Shown piece by piece: positions 8,291-9,037 of a stretch of 9,037 nucleotides of DNA. The first letter of the stretch is position 1; each line of letters starts with the position of its first letter. The notes below the pieces were generated by a model. That model did no database searches. It had not been told where the DNA came from and was given only the letters and a program-made list of their open reading frames with translations. The stretch is from Octopus sinensis. Taxonomy: Eukaryota. The position numbers were made by a program, and so were the translations under genes. The stretch covers positions 1-9,037 of the forward strand of contig NW_021828211.1 of assembly GCF_006345805.1 (NCBI RefSeq), in the 5' to 3' direction.

Positions 8291-8670
8291 CTAACCAGCA
8301 AACAGGGAGATCCAATTTTCCAGTAGGTAGTGCTTGAAGTGGACACATTTGGAAAAAACCTCTTTATGAATATTCAACTTGCCAGGTTTAGTATAGTCCT
8401 TAAGAATTTTGGCTCTCTCCATGATGCAGATTTTGCAACAGCCACTCCATATATGGGCCTGGATGATCTATTATTTTCCAATTGATATCACATGGGGTCC
8501 CCTGATCTTTGAGGTGGCACACATGGTGGGCCAGGGATGTGACAAACCGTCTTTCTGGGACTCTGAAGGATGACTGGTGGTTGGGGAAGTGAAGTTTGAA
8601 AGATGTACTGGCTGATCCAATATATTTACAAACTTGGGATGTGACTATATTCACACTCCTTGTAAATCTC
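8291..8670 (-). pseudogene. GIY-YIG endonuclease domain of a Penelope-like element, two frameshifts
   Basis: Reconstructed: EIYKECE/IVTSQVCKYIGSASTSFKLHFPNHQSSFRVPERRFVTSLAHHVCHLKDQGTPCDINWKIIDHPGPYM/SGCCKICIMERAKILKDYTKPGKLNIHKEVFSKCVHFKHYLLENWISLFAG*. IYK lies at 8667-8659 and YIG at 8624-8616, with 11 residues between them. The C-terminus has the CxxC..E...LN...E....CxH pattern typical of PLE endonucleases. Stop at 8293-8291. Confidence 0.88.
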
Positions 8671-9037
8671 TGATAGGCTCCAGGCCTGGGATGCTGTTGG
8701 TAACACTGTTACTGATGCAGTCGATATGGTGCAATGATCTGGCAGTGTTATCGCCGTGGTTATCACTACTAGTCATATGGTTGGCAATGTAGCTGCCAGC
8801 TTTAGTGTGGGTGTGGCTGGTGGTATCATATGGTGTGGGGCTGCTCATCTTATCAGTGTTGATGATAATTGTTTGGTCATCATCTGTGGTGGTGGTACTG
8901 GGAACTCCAGATACCTCCTCTGTGTCGCTGGTCCTGGATTGGTCATCATCTGTGGTGGTGGTACTGGGAACGCTGGATACCTCCTCTGTGTTGCTGGTCC
9001 TGGATTGGTCGTCATCTCTTGGTGTGGTGAGTGTACT
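8651..9037 (-). other. Open Ser/Thr/Asp-rich reading frame (128 codons, open to the window edge) upstream of the GIY-YIG domain
   Basis: STLTTPRDDDQSRTSNTEEVSSVPSTTTTDDDQSRTSDTEEVSGVPSTTTTDDDQTIIINTDKMSSPTPYD...RDLQGV*. It extends ORF 8651..8848 upstream without a stop. Confidence 0.5.
8875..9037. repeat. 66-bp tandem repeat (two full copies, 8875-8940 and 8941-9006, plus a diverged partial copy)
   Basis: GGTCATCATCTGTGGTGGTGGTACTGGGAAC...CTGGTCCTGGATT is repeated. The period is a multiple of 3 (22 codons). Confidence 0.93.

Larger units (their letters stand above)
7998..9037 (-). mobile_element. 3' portion of a Penelope-like element (PLE), continuing beyond the window
   Basis: Contains a PLE-type GIY-YIG endonuclease remnant followed by an AT-rich 3' region with a hammerhead-like fold, both hallmarks of PLEs. 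RT is not in the window, and the boundary at 7998 is inferred. Confidence 0.75.

Overview
AT-rich, repeat-dominated eukaryotic DNA with no intact, recognisable host protein-coding gene. The SINE bodies and LINE tail resemble abundant octopus (cephalopod) repeats; this comes from recall, not a search. From left to right: compound (TA/TACA/TAGA) satellites hold a 3' fragment of a (CAT)n-tailed SINE (437-680, -), a G4 motif, and a young hierarchical tandem array (955-2183, ~314-bp units with 2/2/3/5 nested 33-mers, each complete unit carrying ETS and YY1-like motifs). A tRNA-derived SINE follows (2233-2600, -). A CpG-containing promoter-like cluster with a splice donor lies at ~4095-4211. A ~115-bp sequence occurs twice (5536-5650, 6798-6910). 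A decayed CR1/L2-group LINE keeps its endonuclease end and 3' tail but has lost the RT core (6513-7941, -). The window ends in the 3' part of a Penelope-like element (-): a frameshifted GIY-YIG endonuclease, an upstream Ser/Thr/Asp-rich frame with 22-aa repeats, and a degenerate hammerhead-ribozyme fold downstream. All alignments and folds were done by eye.
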